Source of the DNA: Diploschistes diacapsis
Taxonomy: Eukaryota
Assembly: GCA_023645945.1 (NCBI GenBank)
Contig: JALAIB010000013.1
Span: 1-50,939 of the forward strand
Length of the DNA stretch: 50,939 nt
Direction of reading: 5' to 3'
Below are positions 35,056 to 47,483 of this stretch, in pieces. The position numbers and the translations under genes are program-made. Below the pieces are notes generated by a model that did no database searches, was not told the DNA's origin, and saw nothing but the letters and a program-made list of their open reading frames with translations. The number at the start of each line of letters is the position of its first letter. Position 1 is the stretch's first letter.

Positions 35056-38000
35056 TGATCACAGTATCACCCTGCTAGCAATGCTTATGCCCTCATAAGC
35101 AAGTAGCAAGGCCAGTCCCTCGAGCAAAGAGTAATACATCTAAGCTCTTTGCTCGACAACTTCCTCCGGAAGTACCTTTATAGCTTTATTTTACCTCGCT
35201 TCGTATCTAGCTATCCGGTTGGCTGAGTATCTTCGTACCTCTTTTTCGGTTATTTATATGTCGTCCGTAGCGTCGTACCCTGTCAATCGTACAAGGTACT
35301 GGGTATTCCAGCCTCTACCTTTCTTTATCTTGTTTTTTTTGCGAGTGGCCTTTCTACTTCGTAATGACCCTCTTCAAGATCGATTATGACAGGAGGAGGG
35401 GGCAGAGAGCGACGGCGATATGGGTCGGCAGCGGGGTCCGGGGCAGGCTCGAGATACGCTGGGAATAGTCGAATCAGACACAGTCTCCTCATATCGTTTA
35501 CCAAGTTTGTTGTAATCCATGCAACCTAACCTGCTACCATCGTTTGGACTTTGTGTCTGATGCTGTCTCCATCCCTTCTGGACCACTCTTGCCAACCTTA
35601 CAATCCTCCCGAATGAGCGGTTCTGGCGCTCGATCAATCTCCCCCAGGCTCTATAACAAGCTCTAGAGATACTCCACAGATGCTATATGGATGGGTAGGT
35701 TAGGGATAACCTCGGTGCAGCGCTTTTCTTCGTCCGCAGGAACTCTCAAGCCGCCGACGGACCGATTGGAAGAGACCTCAGCGAGACCCCCGATAATCCT
35801 GGTTTGTTTCTCTTTCTCAGCACATACAGTTACGGTGTCTGCCAACAAAAGTCCGAGTAAGCGAGCGTTGGCGAAGAAGCAAGTCCCAGTTAAGGCCAGC
35901 AACCGCTTCAGGTAATCCCTATCATTCCTGCGAGATAGGAGCTGTATATGCGTTTGTCCCATGACTATACCTCGATTCAATGCTCGGCGAACCTGGGAAG
36001 ACTCGGGGCTCTAGTATTGGATTTAGTTTTCGTCTGGTTTCGTAAACACAGACATTCCGTATGGACGTGATATAATCGTTTCTCGGAGCTTGCATATATA
36101 CTCTTCGTCGTTGCAGCACTCAACAATGCTTGAGGCGGTAGCAGATCAAATATCTAGTGCCATTTGCTGTAGATGTTCTACTTTCCCGTCAGTTTATTTC
36201 TCTCATCGACATCTACCCAGCAAAGTCTCCCGGCTCGGCAAAGCGTTTTAACTCTTTGTTCAGCAGCGGAAAACAAAAGAGCAAAAGTCTTCCCAAAGGT
36301 AGGTTCTCATAAGCCCACTACGGCAACAAGCAAGAAGATCCTGGCCTCCTTTGAGATGGTCCAGATATGGTAGCGTGTAGAATTTAATTCCCTAGTCATT
36401 CTAGACGAGGGCGAGACGTAAGCTACAGCCGTCTCTGAAGCTGGTAAGTTTCCCGAGTGCCTATGCTAACAAACCCTCTTACTTGACTCATCCTGTTTGT
36501 TTCATTCGAGCCATAGTCTAATGAGCAAGATACCATGCCCAGCATATCGTTAGATTTAAATCGTTTCAGAGGAAGGGTTATTAGTTTCCCAAGCTGCAGG
36601 TTTGAAAAATACTTCGCCTACTGTGAAAGCCAGTCTGGTTGCAGAGCCGGGATATACTGCCTCACAACGTTGTCGCAGGCAAAAAATAGGCATGAACTGT
36701 CTCTTTCCCAACAACGGGAAGTATGCGTGGCATTGCACATAGCAATCGTATATATCGCTAGGTCGCTGATTCTCGGTAAATGTTGCGAGCTCTTCTCGAA
36801 CGAGTGGTAGTTCCTGTCCCATTCCTCCCCTGGAAACTGAGTCAACGTGTTTGATCACAAAATCCCTGAGGAAATCGATGCAGGACAGAAGGCGGAAAGA
36901 CTGAGATTAGGTATGCCTTGGCTTATCGTCTGATAGGACTCGGAGATCGTCAACATCTTCTCTTCACAGCCAGAGTTGTTATCATGCCTGAATGGATCAG
37001 CACCACCGCGAAAGAGAGCGACTCGAGTCCTCATATGCTGGCCGGATAGTTAGAAAGCGTCTTGAGGTTGAAGTCGCTTGTGGACCTAGTTGGTTGACTT
37101 AGAATGTTGAGAGAATCCAGGCAGCATGAAGCTATCTAAGATGCTTTCGTGGTAACTGGGTGGTTTATTCCTAGTTGGTTCTGCTCCTTCATTGTTGGGG
37201 GGCACTTAATGTGATCGTCGCACGACACAGCCTAAGGATTTTTTCATTTGTCCTTGGGGGTGTTACAGAGACCGTCATCTTCTCACGACATCCCGGACCG
37301 CAGTTACACGCGGAAACCAGGCTCAACTATCTCTAAGGTAAGTCTCCATTTTGATTTCCTTCGCACTCCAGTCCCTGGAAAAGTCTGATATACTGCAGCT
37401 CCATCCGTCCCTAATCAATCTTGGGCGTAAAGAGGGCGCAGCCAGCCCCATTGCCACCGATGATTCCTGGACTCTTATCAAGAAGGTTACTGTTAGATAG
37501 CCGGAGAGCCTCTATCAACACTTGACAAAAAAGCTCCGTGACCCGCATGGCTTCGCTACAACAACCTGTTCATCGAAAGTGCCAAAGCAGACAACATCAC
37601 ATGCAGCTTCTAACAACATGCGATATTGTGGCCAGTAGGTTTCTTCATCATTCACATCTAGTATATCTCGCAGAGCCTTTATATTCAAAAGGTGATAACC
37701 ACGGTAACGAAACATCGTACAGCCAAAAAAAACAAAAACAAGTTTCTATAACAGCGCTGGCAGCTCATAGAAAACACAGCGATAAGCCGATACCCTAGAT
37801 ATGTCTCTCCCTTTGAAAGAGCGATGCCATTCATGTTCGACATCAATATATATTGTACACCTTGCTCACCAGGGTTACAGGGAAAAGAGATGTTGGGAAA
37901 GACGACGTTGGAGCAGTGGATTATGAAGGAAAGAAAAACAGGACAAGTAAGTTCGGATATCGGATTCGTGTGCACGAGTCAAGCGCAAACTTGAACTTCT

Positions 38001-38751
38001 AGCAAACATGCTTCCAGAACCAAGTTCCTTCGCATAAAAGCACTGGGAAACGCTAAACGGCAGCAGGCGCTTGCAAGGTCAACTTGATCAAAGGGGCACA
38101 AGATTGCAAAATCAGGAGTGGATGAGACCACTAGAAGATGTGAATAATATTAAAGGTTATTCGTCAGTCGAAGTTTCCAGGCGATATTAAACATCTTTTC
38201 CGTCATTTAAGGCCCGTCTCAGAGCTCATGGGATATTTTTGATTGATTATGAAACAGCTTGGAAGTTCTGAGCTGAGTTCTAAGTAGCTTAAGCCTACTT
38301 TGTTATCTGATTTGAAGCGTCCCCTAAAGCTCCTTTTTCGGTATAAAGTTTGTGGAAGAGGTTTCTAGGGCGCAAATTGTTCTTGGCATCCCATGGTTTA
38401 CCAGTAGGATGCGCTGTAAACTTTAATAAGAATGCCGAAGTATATTCAAATCTATTACCATTAGACAGCTCGTAGATACATTTTAGTGCCAAAAATGGTA
38501 GCTAAATCTAGTTTTGGCAGTGCATTTGCATGTGCGAGCCGCATCAATAGCAGTCGGTCTAATTTGCAACCAAAGCAAACGCCATGCCATCTTTCAGCAA
38601 GCTGTTCAGAGACAAAGCAACACCAGCACGTCCCCATACAGGTTGCTCCCGATACTGCACGATCTGTTATCGGCTCAAATCATCGCATGCAATACAAGCG
38701 CTGTAGAAACCACTTGTAAGGCTTTCAGCTCACCGAACCACTTTCCTCGCC

Positions 38752-41700
38752 TTATTTAACCTCGATCCAGTCCTGTTCATCACCCTTGGGTAGCTCATCG
38801 TCCCAGTTGACCTTCATTGAAGTCGGAAATGGGAACAAGCTCGTCCCGTCAGGCATGAGATAGACACTGAAGCCGCCGTGAACGTGCAGAGTTTTAATCC
38901 GTCCCTGGGGCCCTGGAGCGCGGCGAAGGTTCTCAAGCTTAGCGAATGTCTTCAACATGGTGGAAAGTGCAAGCTTGCTAGCATCAAGGCCAATGCATTG
39001 GTGCGGGCCCCAGCCGTAGTGGATATAGGAGTCCATTGGCCGAGTAACATCCACCTTCTCAGGATGCGGGAAGCCGGCAGCATCATGCGAGGCAGAGACT
39101 AGGTTGACGAGAATCCGATCGCCTGCTTTGAGATGTATCGTACGATCCCTATCTTGAACAGCCATGTCTTTTTGAACGTGTCTATATAAGCCGACACTAC
39201 TGCGGATGCGAGCTCCTTCCATGAAGTAGCGAAGAATAAGTTCATCCGCCTCTGCGGTATCGAGCCTAGCAAGACGACCTATCTCTTTCCAATGTTGACG
39301 ATTCTCTTCTTCAAGGTAAAAGTCTAAGCACTGAGCCAGAAGCTGCGCCTGGTTTGCAACCATACCGCCTGCAGTAGGCAGGATGTGTGTCCAAACAAGT
39401 TCTTTCACACCATAGCCTGACTGCAGAAGCTTCATGATCATATGTGATCCATACTTTGAGAGGGAGCTGCGCTTGTTGAAGCGATCAAAGAGGTTACCAA
39501 AGAATCCAGAATGGCCAACGCCGCTAGCAATACCCTCGACCAAAGCTCCCAACTGTTGCGTTGCTTTGTATGAAGCTTGGCGCAGCGGAAAGCTTTTGAC
39601 CGGATCAGCGTCGAAGAAAATACAAGCAAACACAAGTGCCATGGCAAGGTAGACTTCTCGCTCGGTGAAGATTCCGTACGGACTGGTCTCAGTCTTCATT
39701 GGAATACAGAACACTTCCGCAGAGAAATGCGCTTGAGCGAGGTTGATAACATCGCGGACAATGTCGACGGTGTTGACACCAGCTAACTTGTATGAATGGC
39801 GCTTCAGGAGGTCGACCGTGATGCTCTCATAGAATTTTCCAACTTGCTCCGTCCAATCTTGTCGGTAGAGTGCTCTTCCCATAGCTGCTCGAGATACGGC
39901 ATTCTTCTCGCCATCTCCACTGAGCATAAAATCCTTCCCATACTCATGGCCATCGTGGCTCATCAGCCAGGATATTGTTTCGCCCCATGTAACTGTAAAG
40001 TTCACTTTGTCGTTCAGGACCTTCATTGCAGCGTCGTATGAAAATATTATGGTTGGTGGGGACACATAAGCAGGCTCGCCATAGTCGTACCGGCTTCGAA
40101 TACCTAGCTCGTAGTGGATCTTTTCGTTCTCCCAAGGCGTGTTGAACGGAAAATGTGCATACACCGAGTTTGGCCTGAGGTGGTTAGGAAAGGCACGCAG
40201 CATGAGCTTGTAGAATACCGCGCCTTTGTCGACTTCGATGTCATAGTTGCATTCTTTGAAGCCCCAGTTCGTCAAGTTTTGAGGTGTGTAGTCTGTGGTA
40301 TAGAACCTGTCACCTCGAACTAAACCCACGGCGTCCGCAAGAACGGCTCTGGATGTGGTGAAGGATGGACAAAGCCCACTACCGGGCACCATAGGCTCTT
40401 TTGCGGATTCGAACACCAGACCAGGATACATTTCCACTAGGTCGGGGTGCTCATAAAGATGCTTCAATTGATTTGCCACCTCCGGATCTGGATTGATATC
40501 TTCGAAAGTTTCGTGCTTTTTGAGGTTGAAATGCGCACGGAACTCATTAAGACTTGCCATGTTCCATTTCCGAGTCTGAATAATCAGGAGAATCTCAATA
40601 GCTCGCATAACCTTAGGAGTGTTGTTCGCACCAAAAGCACCAGCGACATCCTTGATACTCTCCGTCAAGATCCTGACCAAAGGTTCATCAGGCAGAGTCC
40701 CATCGGCATTACGTTTGATGCCAGCGAAAGAGCGTAACAAAGGATCCGTCGGGATATTCTGTTCCATCTCCTTTAAAGCCTGCATCAACTCCGGCATAGA
40801 AGCCTTGCTTGGGTCTTTCCCATGAAAGAAGGCTTTATAGGTATTCTCAATCCATTCGGCATCTCTTTCGGAGACACTAGTGTGCCAGCGATACACCAAG
40901 TTGAATTCCCCAGAAACTTGGTTTCCTGTACCGTAGCTTGCGTTGCTTCCCCAGAAGCTCTGTACTGCCTCATCACGAGGATCAAGACTCCAAGCGGTAT
41001 CAGCGCGGTTCAGATTAAGGATGGTTCGAACGTAGTCCTTGAGAACAATGTTGATATACAATCCGCATGTAATCAACCGGCCGGTCTGAAAAAGATCATT
41101 ATCGTATGTGATTTGGCCTTCGACATCATCGTCTGCCGGTCGGGTGAATCTACCGTTTTCATTGATAAGCGCAAGCTGCGAGACGATATAATTGTGCCAG
41201 CGATTGAACATAACAAGCAAGACTCCGACACCGGGAGGAAATCCAAGCAAACGCTTCTCGAAAAAGCAATCGGGCTTGAGCTTGCCATCCTTGAACGCTC
41301 GAACATAGTCTTGTTCGTCTTGGTTGTTACCATATAATGGGGAAAGGTCAAGATACGATGAAGCCTGATTCATCCCCGGGTTTTGACGATCAGTCTTGAA
41401 TACATCATGAATGACTATTGTCGCCAGGTAGAAGAGCATACTGGATATCTTTGTTGGGTGAGGCTTGAATTGTTTTCTCACAAGTACAGTATCAAAGATA
41501 ACCCCTGGATCTGGACGGGCAGGATACTGGGACGTTTGTGGGCGAACAGTCCTGGCGTAGGAAGTACCGGCTGCTCCAAGAGATGGATTCTGGATATTGT
41601 TGAACGACCCATCTGCCTGTCTGTATTGGTACTTGTGGTCCAAAGAGGTCGATGGAGGGTGTTGGAGGTCGTTCCACAGAAGATTGATGAAGCCGTCCGT

Positions 41701-42072
41701 CACCCCCTTTCCCGAATTCGAATGCAAAGGTAGGTCACACGCCAACTTTATAACTCTCTCCATGTGATAGGTCTTGTCATCTACGGGTTCAGACGTGATC
41801 TTGGCTCGGAGAGTGTCCGCAATTGTTGTTGTGTCACCAATGTTGAGTGACAGGAGAGACTTGAGGATGCCATCATGATCGGGCTTCTTGATGTATGTTC
41901 CATCTCCAGTCTGCTTTGGTAGCGGCCGCATCGATGCACTAGCCAGACCTGAAATTTTTCCAAGGACCGGTTGTACCTCAGATACAACAGAGGAGGGTCG
42001 AGCATCAGCACTTCGGCTAGTAGCATGACTGCCTGCCTTTCCGTCCCCGTCTGACTTACTCGTCTGATTCAT
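38752..42072 (-). CDS. ppoA: Psi-producing oxygenase / linoleate diol synthase (heme dioxygenase-cytochrome P450 fusion), PpoA-like, 1106 aa
   Basis: Single uninterrupted ORF. RPLPKQTGDGTY, YRQADGSFNN, distal His TIVIHD, SSYLDLSPLYG, catalytic EFNLVYRWH, LVRGDRFYT. P450 domain with ANQAQ, EGAR (ExxR) and intact heme ligand HYGWGPHQCIG. Family is certain; exact orthology is less so. Confidence 0.93.
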   Translation of the reverse strand: MNQTSKSDGDGKAGSHATSRSADARPSSVVSEVQPVLGKISGLASASMRPLPKQTGDGTYIKKPDHDGILKSLLSLNIGDTTTIADTLRAKITSEPVDDKTYHMERVIKLACDLPLHSNSGKGVTDGFINLLWNDLQHPPSTSLDHKYQYRQADGSFNNIQNPSLGAAGTSYARTVRPQTSQYPARPDPGVIFDTVLVRKQFKPHPTKISSMLFYLATIVIHDVFKTDRQNPGMNQASSYLDLSPLYGNNQDEQDYVRAFKDGKLKPDCFFEKRLLGFPPGVGVLLVMFNRWHNYIVSQLALINENGRFTRPADDDVEGQITYDNDLFQTGRLITCGLYINIVLKDYVRTILNLNRADTAWSLDPRDEAVQSFWGSNASYGTGNQVSGEFNLVYRWHTSVSERDAEWIENTYKAFFHGKDPSKASMPELMQALKEMEQNIPTDPLLRSFAGIKRNADGTLPDEPLVRILTESIKDVAGAFGANNTPKVMRAIEILLIIQTRKWNMASLNEFRAHFNLKKHETFEDINPDPEVANQLKHLYEHPDLVEMYPGLVFESAKEPMVPGSGLCPSFTTSRAVLADAVGLVRGDRFYTTDYTPQNLTNWGFKECNYDIEVDKGAVFYKLMLRAFPNHLRPNSVYAHFPFNTPWENEKIHYELGIRSRYDYGEPAYVSPPTIIFSYDAAMKVLNDKVNFTVTWGETISWLMSHDGHEYGKDFMLSGDGEKNAVSRAAMGRALYRQDWTEQVGKFYESITVDLLKRHSYKLAGVNTVDIVRDVINLAQAHFSAEVFCIPMKTETSPYGIFTEREVYLAMALVFACIFFDADPVKSFPLRQASYKATQQLGALVEGIASGVGHSGFFGNLFDRFNKRSSLSKYGSHMIMKLLQSGYGVKELVWTHILPTAGGMVANQAQLLAQCLDFYLEEENRQHWKEIGRLARLDTAEADELILRYFMEGARIRSSVGLYRHVQKDMAVQDRDRTIHLKAGDRILVNLVSASHDAAGFPHPEKVDVTRPMDSYIHYGWGPHQCIGLDASKLALSTMLKTFAKLENLRRAPGPQGRIKTLHVHGGFSVYLMPDGTSLFPFPTSMKVNWDDELPKGDEQDWIEVK

Positions 42073-43676
42073 CCTAGGTTACCGTGAACAGCGTAAGGAA
42101 TTTTAGGCAAGGTTGCCAAACTGATTCACATGTAAGCAGAGATCATTGCAATCAATCCGACGGGTGTTGTAGACATATTAGTCGGACAAACGCTTCGAAC
42201 AAGCTGATTCATACCCTTACAAAGCAAACATGGCAGTTTTGTAATGACTTGCGAAACTTTTTACTTACTCGAATGAACCTCGCCTGACTGACAGTAATGC
42301 TTCTCGAACTTACAGTTACGGGAAGCCAATGATGCGGTATGGATGACTGTGTTGATTGAACACAGCTATGGGACATCGAGAGTGTTTAAGGCAGAATGAG
42401 GATTTAGTCAATGAAAGTGAAGGCGAGTGTTCAGGTTGGTTCAAGGAGCTGGATGCGACTTCCAAGTTCCCGTATTTCTAAAACAAGCAAGTGCTCAGGC
42501 TTAGCTGGCGGCCTAGTTGGCAATGCGACTTGAAGTTAACGTCTGGAGCTATCTCTGGGCACTCAAGGGCAGGGGGTTTGGGCTCTTTAAACAAGTCCTT
42601 TTAAAATATGGGATCAGACAAAGAAAAGCTTCATGTTGTAGTCGACTACGACTACTACACTACTACGAAGAGAGATCCATTGAACGATTCTTACTGGGAT
42701 GAGCGAAGGCGGTAGATCGGCACGCCTCTGTCAGTTTCTGGCTATTTGCACACCAACGTCCAAGTGCGTCCGATCATCTTCGTCCCCCGTGAACGAAACA
42801 CATCCACAATGGGGTAGGACAGGCCTTGCCACCGGTCCATGTCTCATGAGACTGCCATGCATCTTCAACTTCTGCGATATATTGCCTCGAATGGCACTCG
42901 GGCCGACCTCGGTAGCTGAGCTCGTCGTTCATTGTCCGTAATCTCGAATACCTTGGCTCGTGAGACGTTCTTTGTCATATATCCTGTCGCGTGCTCTCCA
43001 CAGATCAAGACAGACTCGTGAATGCATTGCTTCAGCACAGTTTAGAGCCGGATAGGGTAGCGCAGTCTTGTTGATTCAAATGAGGATCACAAGACACAGG
43101 ACTCATTTGACTTTGAAAGGAAGAGGTGAGGCCAAGATTATCTAAATAGAAAAAAGTAGTCTCAAGAACAGAACTAAGAGACAGCACGAGTGTTGGGTAG
43201 GTAGTCGATCAGTACAGAGTGTCCTAGCATGTTAAGAGGTATGTTGGGCTCTTCCTGCTCCTTGCTTAAGCGTATAGGTGCATCGAAAGCGTTGTGATTG
43301 TAGCTCGACGAAGAGTAGCGAGTCGGCAATGCAACAAATCCGCATAGGCTCGAGACTCGGAATTTCCATTCATTCAGATCAGTCCCTCACTGCACGCATG
43401 GTGTGTTTTCCTATACTCATCGAAATAATAATAACTGGCTTTGAAGAGTTTTATAGCATCGAGCCGCAGCCGCAAAATGACCCTCTTACGTAATCGAACA
43501 CGGCGGCTGGCAGGTTTCTATTGAGACAACATTCATTGCACTTTGATGTTATATGATGGTATCGCCCGTGAGCGAAGCCCTGCCAGACTTTTTATCCTTG
43601 GTTTTAAACTAATTTGCTTGTGGACATGACATGCCTTGTGCCTCTCTAGTAAAACATTGGCCCTCGCTTCCTCACG

Positions 43677-46600
43677 ATGGGCTTCCGAGGATCTAACGCA
43701 TGGCATGTCGACTACTGCATGGGCTGGGTGTACGTCCTACCCGCCCAGCAGACCGCAGCGCAAGCCATGCTCGACTCCTCGCATCCCAACCTACCCAAGG
43801 CTCGAAATGACCATAACACTTACACTCTTGGCTCCATCGGCAAGCACAACGTCGTGATAGCATGCCTGCCTATGGGCTCTACAGGCACATCCCCAGCGGT
43901 GACGGTATCAGCGCATATGCTCTCGGCTTTTCCTTTGACCAAGTTCTGCCCAGTGGCCGGTATTGGAGGTGGTATGCCACCGCAGGTCCGCCTCGGTGGT
44001 GTCGTTGTCAGTAGGCCTGTGGATGTGGCCTAGTGCAATGAGATTTCGGTAAGACGGAGGAAAGTGGTCGTTTTCAGCGTAGTGGCCAGTTGAACAGGCC
44101 ACCGAATGAGCTCTTAACGGTGCTATCGACGCTAATGTCCAAACACGAGAGGGAAGGTTCGGAGATTCCTAGGTTTTTGATGGAGCTTGAAAAGAGGTGG
44201 CCTAAGTTCGCCAGCAGATACCTTCGCAATGAGGCTATGGAGGATGTTCTGTTCAAGTCCAAATGTGCCTATATAGAGAGCGCTCCTATGCCGCGTGATA
44301 GCTCTTCAAGCGATGGTACCGCAGACGACGATTGGGAAAACGGAGAAATCGGCATAGAACAGGGCTGCCCTTACTGCGATTGATCTCAACTCGTCAAGCG
44401 CAACCCACCACTCGAGAAATGGAAGTCCATTATGGTCTCATCACCTTGGGGAATCAAGTATAAAAGACTCCATTCGCAGGCATGATATCAGCAAGGCTCT
44501 CGACGGCAAAGTGCTCTGTTTTAAGACGGAAGCTGCTGGGCTGATGAACGACTTTCCGTGCATCGTCGTCATCCGAGCTATCGAGCTACGCAGACGCCCA
44601 TAAGAACGACGACTGGCAAGAACAAGCTGCTACAGTAGCCGCGGCTTTTGCGAAGGAGTTTCTTTGCGTAGTACAGGCTATGGGCGTGGACCGTATTCTT
44701 TCTATCAAAGGTACGGTCTTGTGGCATCCCAGCCTTGCTTTAATGGTTTGAGGAGCAGAGAAAACTCTAGAGAACGATGTCCTCCGCTTTTTCCTGTCCA
44801 ACTGTAACGTCTAAGGATTGATCACAAAATCTTGACGTTTGGAAAAGAAGTGCGAGCGCCTCGTATGGCTTACTGTATCATATGCTTGAAAGTCCCTCAA
44901 ATTCACATAGCTTTGTACTATCTACGCTCGACAAGGAACTTTGCCTTCATTAACTGATTAATACCTGTGTATACAGACGTCTGCATTCGGATCGAGCACG
45001 TGTCCGAAGGCACCGGCAAGCTAGTTTATCAACACCATGATCGAAAACACTAAGCTATCCTTGAATGAATTACCCTCGCAGAATAAACTCTCGGGCAAAA
45101 CTACATCTTTCGTAGACGGCTTGGCAATACCGGAAGATGGCTTCTTGATTCGGAAGAGTTCCAGGCATGGATGGACAGTGACCAAGATCCAAATATCCTC
45201 TACTGCCCTGCCATTCCCGACGCAGCAAGACCACAATTGGACCAATGGGTATAGATCACTTGAAGAAGTCTGCTGCGGTTACACACAATATAGGCGTTGC
45301 TTTCATCTCCTTGAACTTTCGGAATGAGGCAGAACAAGACAGCGGAGAACCTTCTACTCAGCCTTCTAACCAACTAGTTCAAGGAAGTTTATCCGAATTG
45401 CCCCCCTTCGTGCACACTCTGTACTTGGAGCTTTCCAAAGGGCAAGATCGCCCATCATACGACAAGATCTTGCAGACATTCCACATGGTTACTTTTGAGT
45501 CCTCGAGAGTCTTCGTCGCCGTTGATACATTAGATGAGTGCCAGAGCCTTGGGGACCGTCTAAGGTTTTTTAATGAAATGTTCAACCTCCAAGCTAAAGT
45601 GGGGGTCAATCTCCCAGTAACCTCCGGATTTGATGAAGCGATGCAACAGTTCTTCAATGGCAAGCTAAGCTGGAGATCAAAGCTAACGATGAGCATCTTC
45701 GGGCATACACTGCATGGAAGCTGTCCGATTTTCAGCTTTTCAATCCGAGCTTCGCTCTGCGAGAAACGATCATCGCCACAGTTGTTGATGCTGTTGAGGG
45801 GATGTACGGTTTCCATTCCACTTGAACGTTATTCAACTTACGTCAATCAGGTTTCTCCTGACACAGCTTTATGTCGACTCGCTGATGGACAAGGTGGCAT
45901 AAGGCCATGCTGAATACCCTAGATGATCTAAGAAGAGATGCTCATTCAGCAAACAGCGCTAATAATGAATTGCAAATTTTGAAAGAGGCATATATACAGG
46001 CGATGGAACGAGTTGATGGCAAGAGTCAAGGGCTTCAACAACTCGCTCGTTGGACTCTCCTATAGATTACTTTCGCCAGGAGACCATCACGGATGGGTGA
46101 ACTTCGACAAGCAGTTAAAAGTCAAATTGGCCAGCATGATATTGATCCTGATGCCTTGCCACAAGTCGATACGATGCAATCCCTCTGTGCCGGCGTGATT
46201 ACCGTTGATCAAGAAGAGTGGAGTTGTCCGTCCGGTCCATTATACGACCCAAGAGTTCCCTACAAAAGTCAATCTTAGTGGTTCCCAGGATGCGCAAGCT
46301 ATCATAGCGAAGATATGTCTGACTTGCCTGTTCTTCGACCGACCTTAATCAGGGCTTGAAGACTGGATGAAAATGCTTGAACCTTACGAAATATCGCAAA
46401 ATACTTCACTAAATCCTAACGAACCACATTGGGGGCAGATGGTCCATACTGGTATGCATTGGGGGTGCCATGCGGCAGCTACTTTTGTCCGAGAAGTTAT
46501 CCAGTAAGGTTGAGCGGCTGATTGTGTCCTTTCTCCAAGCCAAAACAAAGCCACAGGTTTTCTAGCCTGTAGCGCATAGGCAATATCCCAACAGGTGCCT

Positions 46601-47483
46601 CAACTAAACGTCCTGAGGGAAGAGCAGGTGCAAGGGCTGCCTATTGCAGCGTACTATGAATTATGTGGCTTGGTGACGATAAGGCCATCTGACTAATGTT
46701 GGATACCAAGAGCCGTCCGCTGACTCTTGCGATAATTAGGCAGTATTGAGGAAGTGGTCAAGCTTTGGTTAGAGAGAGGTGCAGAAGTAAATGAGAAGGA
46801 TCCAAACTGGAAAAGCCTTTGTATTGGGCCGTTCTTTCACGGTCAACATCAATCGCAGAAACGTTGCTCGAGAAGGGTGCTAATCCTAAGTACATGGATG
46901 TTATAAAGGCAGAAACCTCTATGGCATGCGGTGACGGACGTAAATATGAATATGTTGAAGACTTTGTTGAACAGAGGAGCAGAGTCTAATGAACCAGACT
47001 TGGATTTAACAAGACCGCTCTCGAAAGCGGTCACTCTGGGTTATGATGCCACCATCAAACTACTCCTAGACAAAAGGACAGACATCGATGCGGAAAACGG
47101 CTACCACCTCACACTACTGTTCGGCGCAATGGCATACGCTGAGAAGAAATTGGTAGATACCTTACTTCAGTGAGGAGCAAGTACAAAGGTGCAAGGTCTT
47201 TGGGGGACTCACCACTGGAGATAGCGGTCGATCTTACCAACCATTCGATATTGGGATCGTTACTGAACTCTGGGGCCGTCCGCCCCCGAACATCCATTCG
47301 AGGTAAAGCTGTTATTGCTCGCGGTTGCAGTTGGACACGAAAAACATCGTCCATTATCTCCTAGAACGGGGCGTTAACATAGATGACTATGAGAAGGCGC
47401 TGTGCCTGAGTGCATGGCTCAGGCGCCACTCTATCGCAAAGCTTCTACAAGAACGAGGAGTAAAGGCAGCCGATAGACTTTGA
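43677..47483 (+). pseudogene. Disabled fungal NLR: PNP_UDP phosphorylase domain - NACHT - ankyrin repeats
   Basis: PNP_UDP motifs DYCMGW..LP, NDHNTYTLGSIGKHNVVIACLP, GIGGG, VHYGLI, EAAGLMNDFPCIVVIR, YADAHKNDDWQ..AA..AAAFAKE. NACHT: WLLDSEEFQAW, frameshifted P-loop ILYCPAIP..KT, Walker B VFVAVDTLDEC, GM|FLL split by intron 45804-45850. Ankyrin-like LERGAEVNE, LLNRGAESNE, LLDKRTDIDAENG. Many stops and frameshifts. Confidence 0.9.

Noticed and set aside
7450..38600. Definite Starship or transposon call
   Set aside because: No DUF3435 recombinase, RT (YxDD), integrase or DDE motifs, and no LTR, TIR or TSD identifiable by eye; kept only as a hypothesis.
38500..38751. Poly(A) scar supporting ppo retroposition
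   Set aside because: No poly(T) tract on the plus strand downstream of the gene, so retroposition remains unproven.
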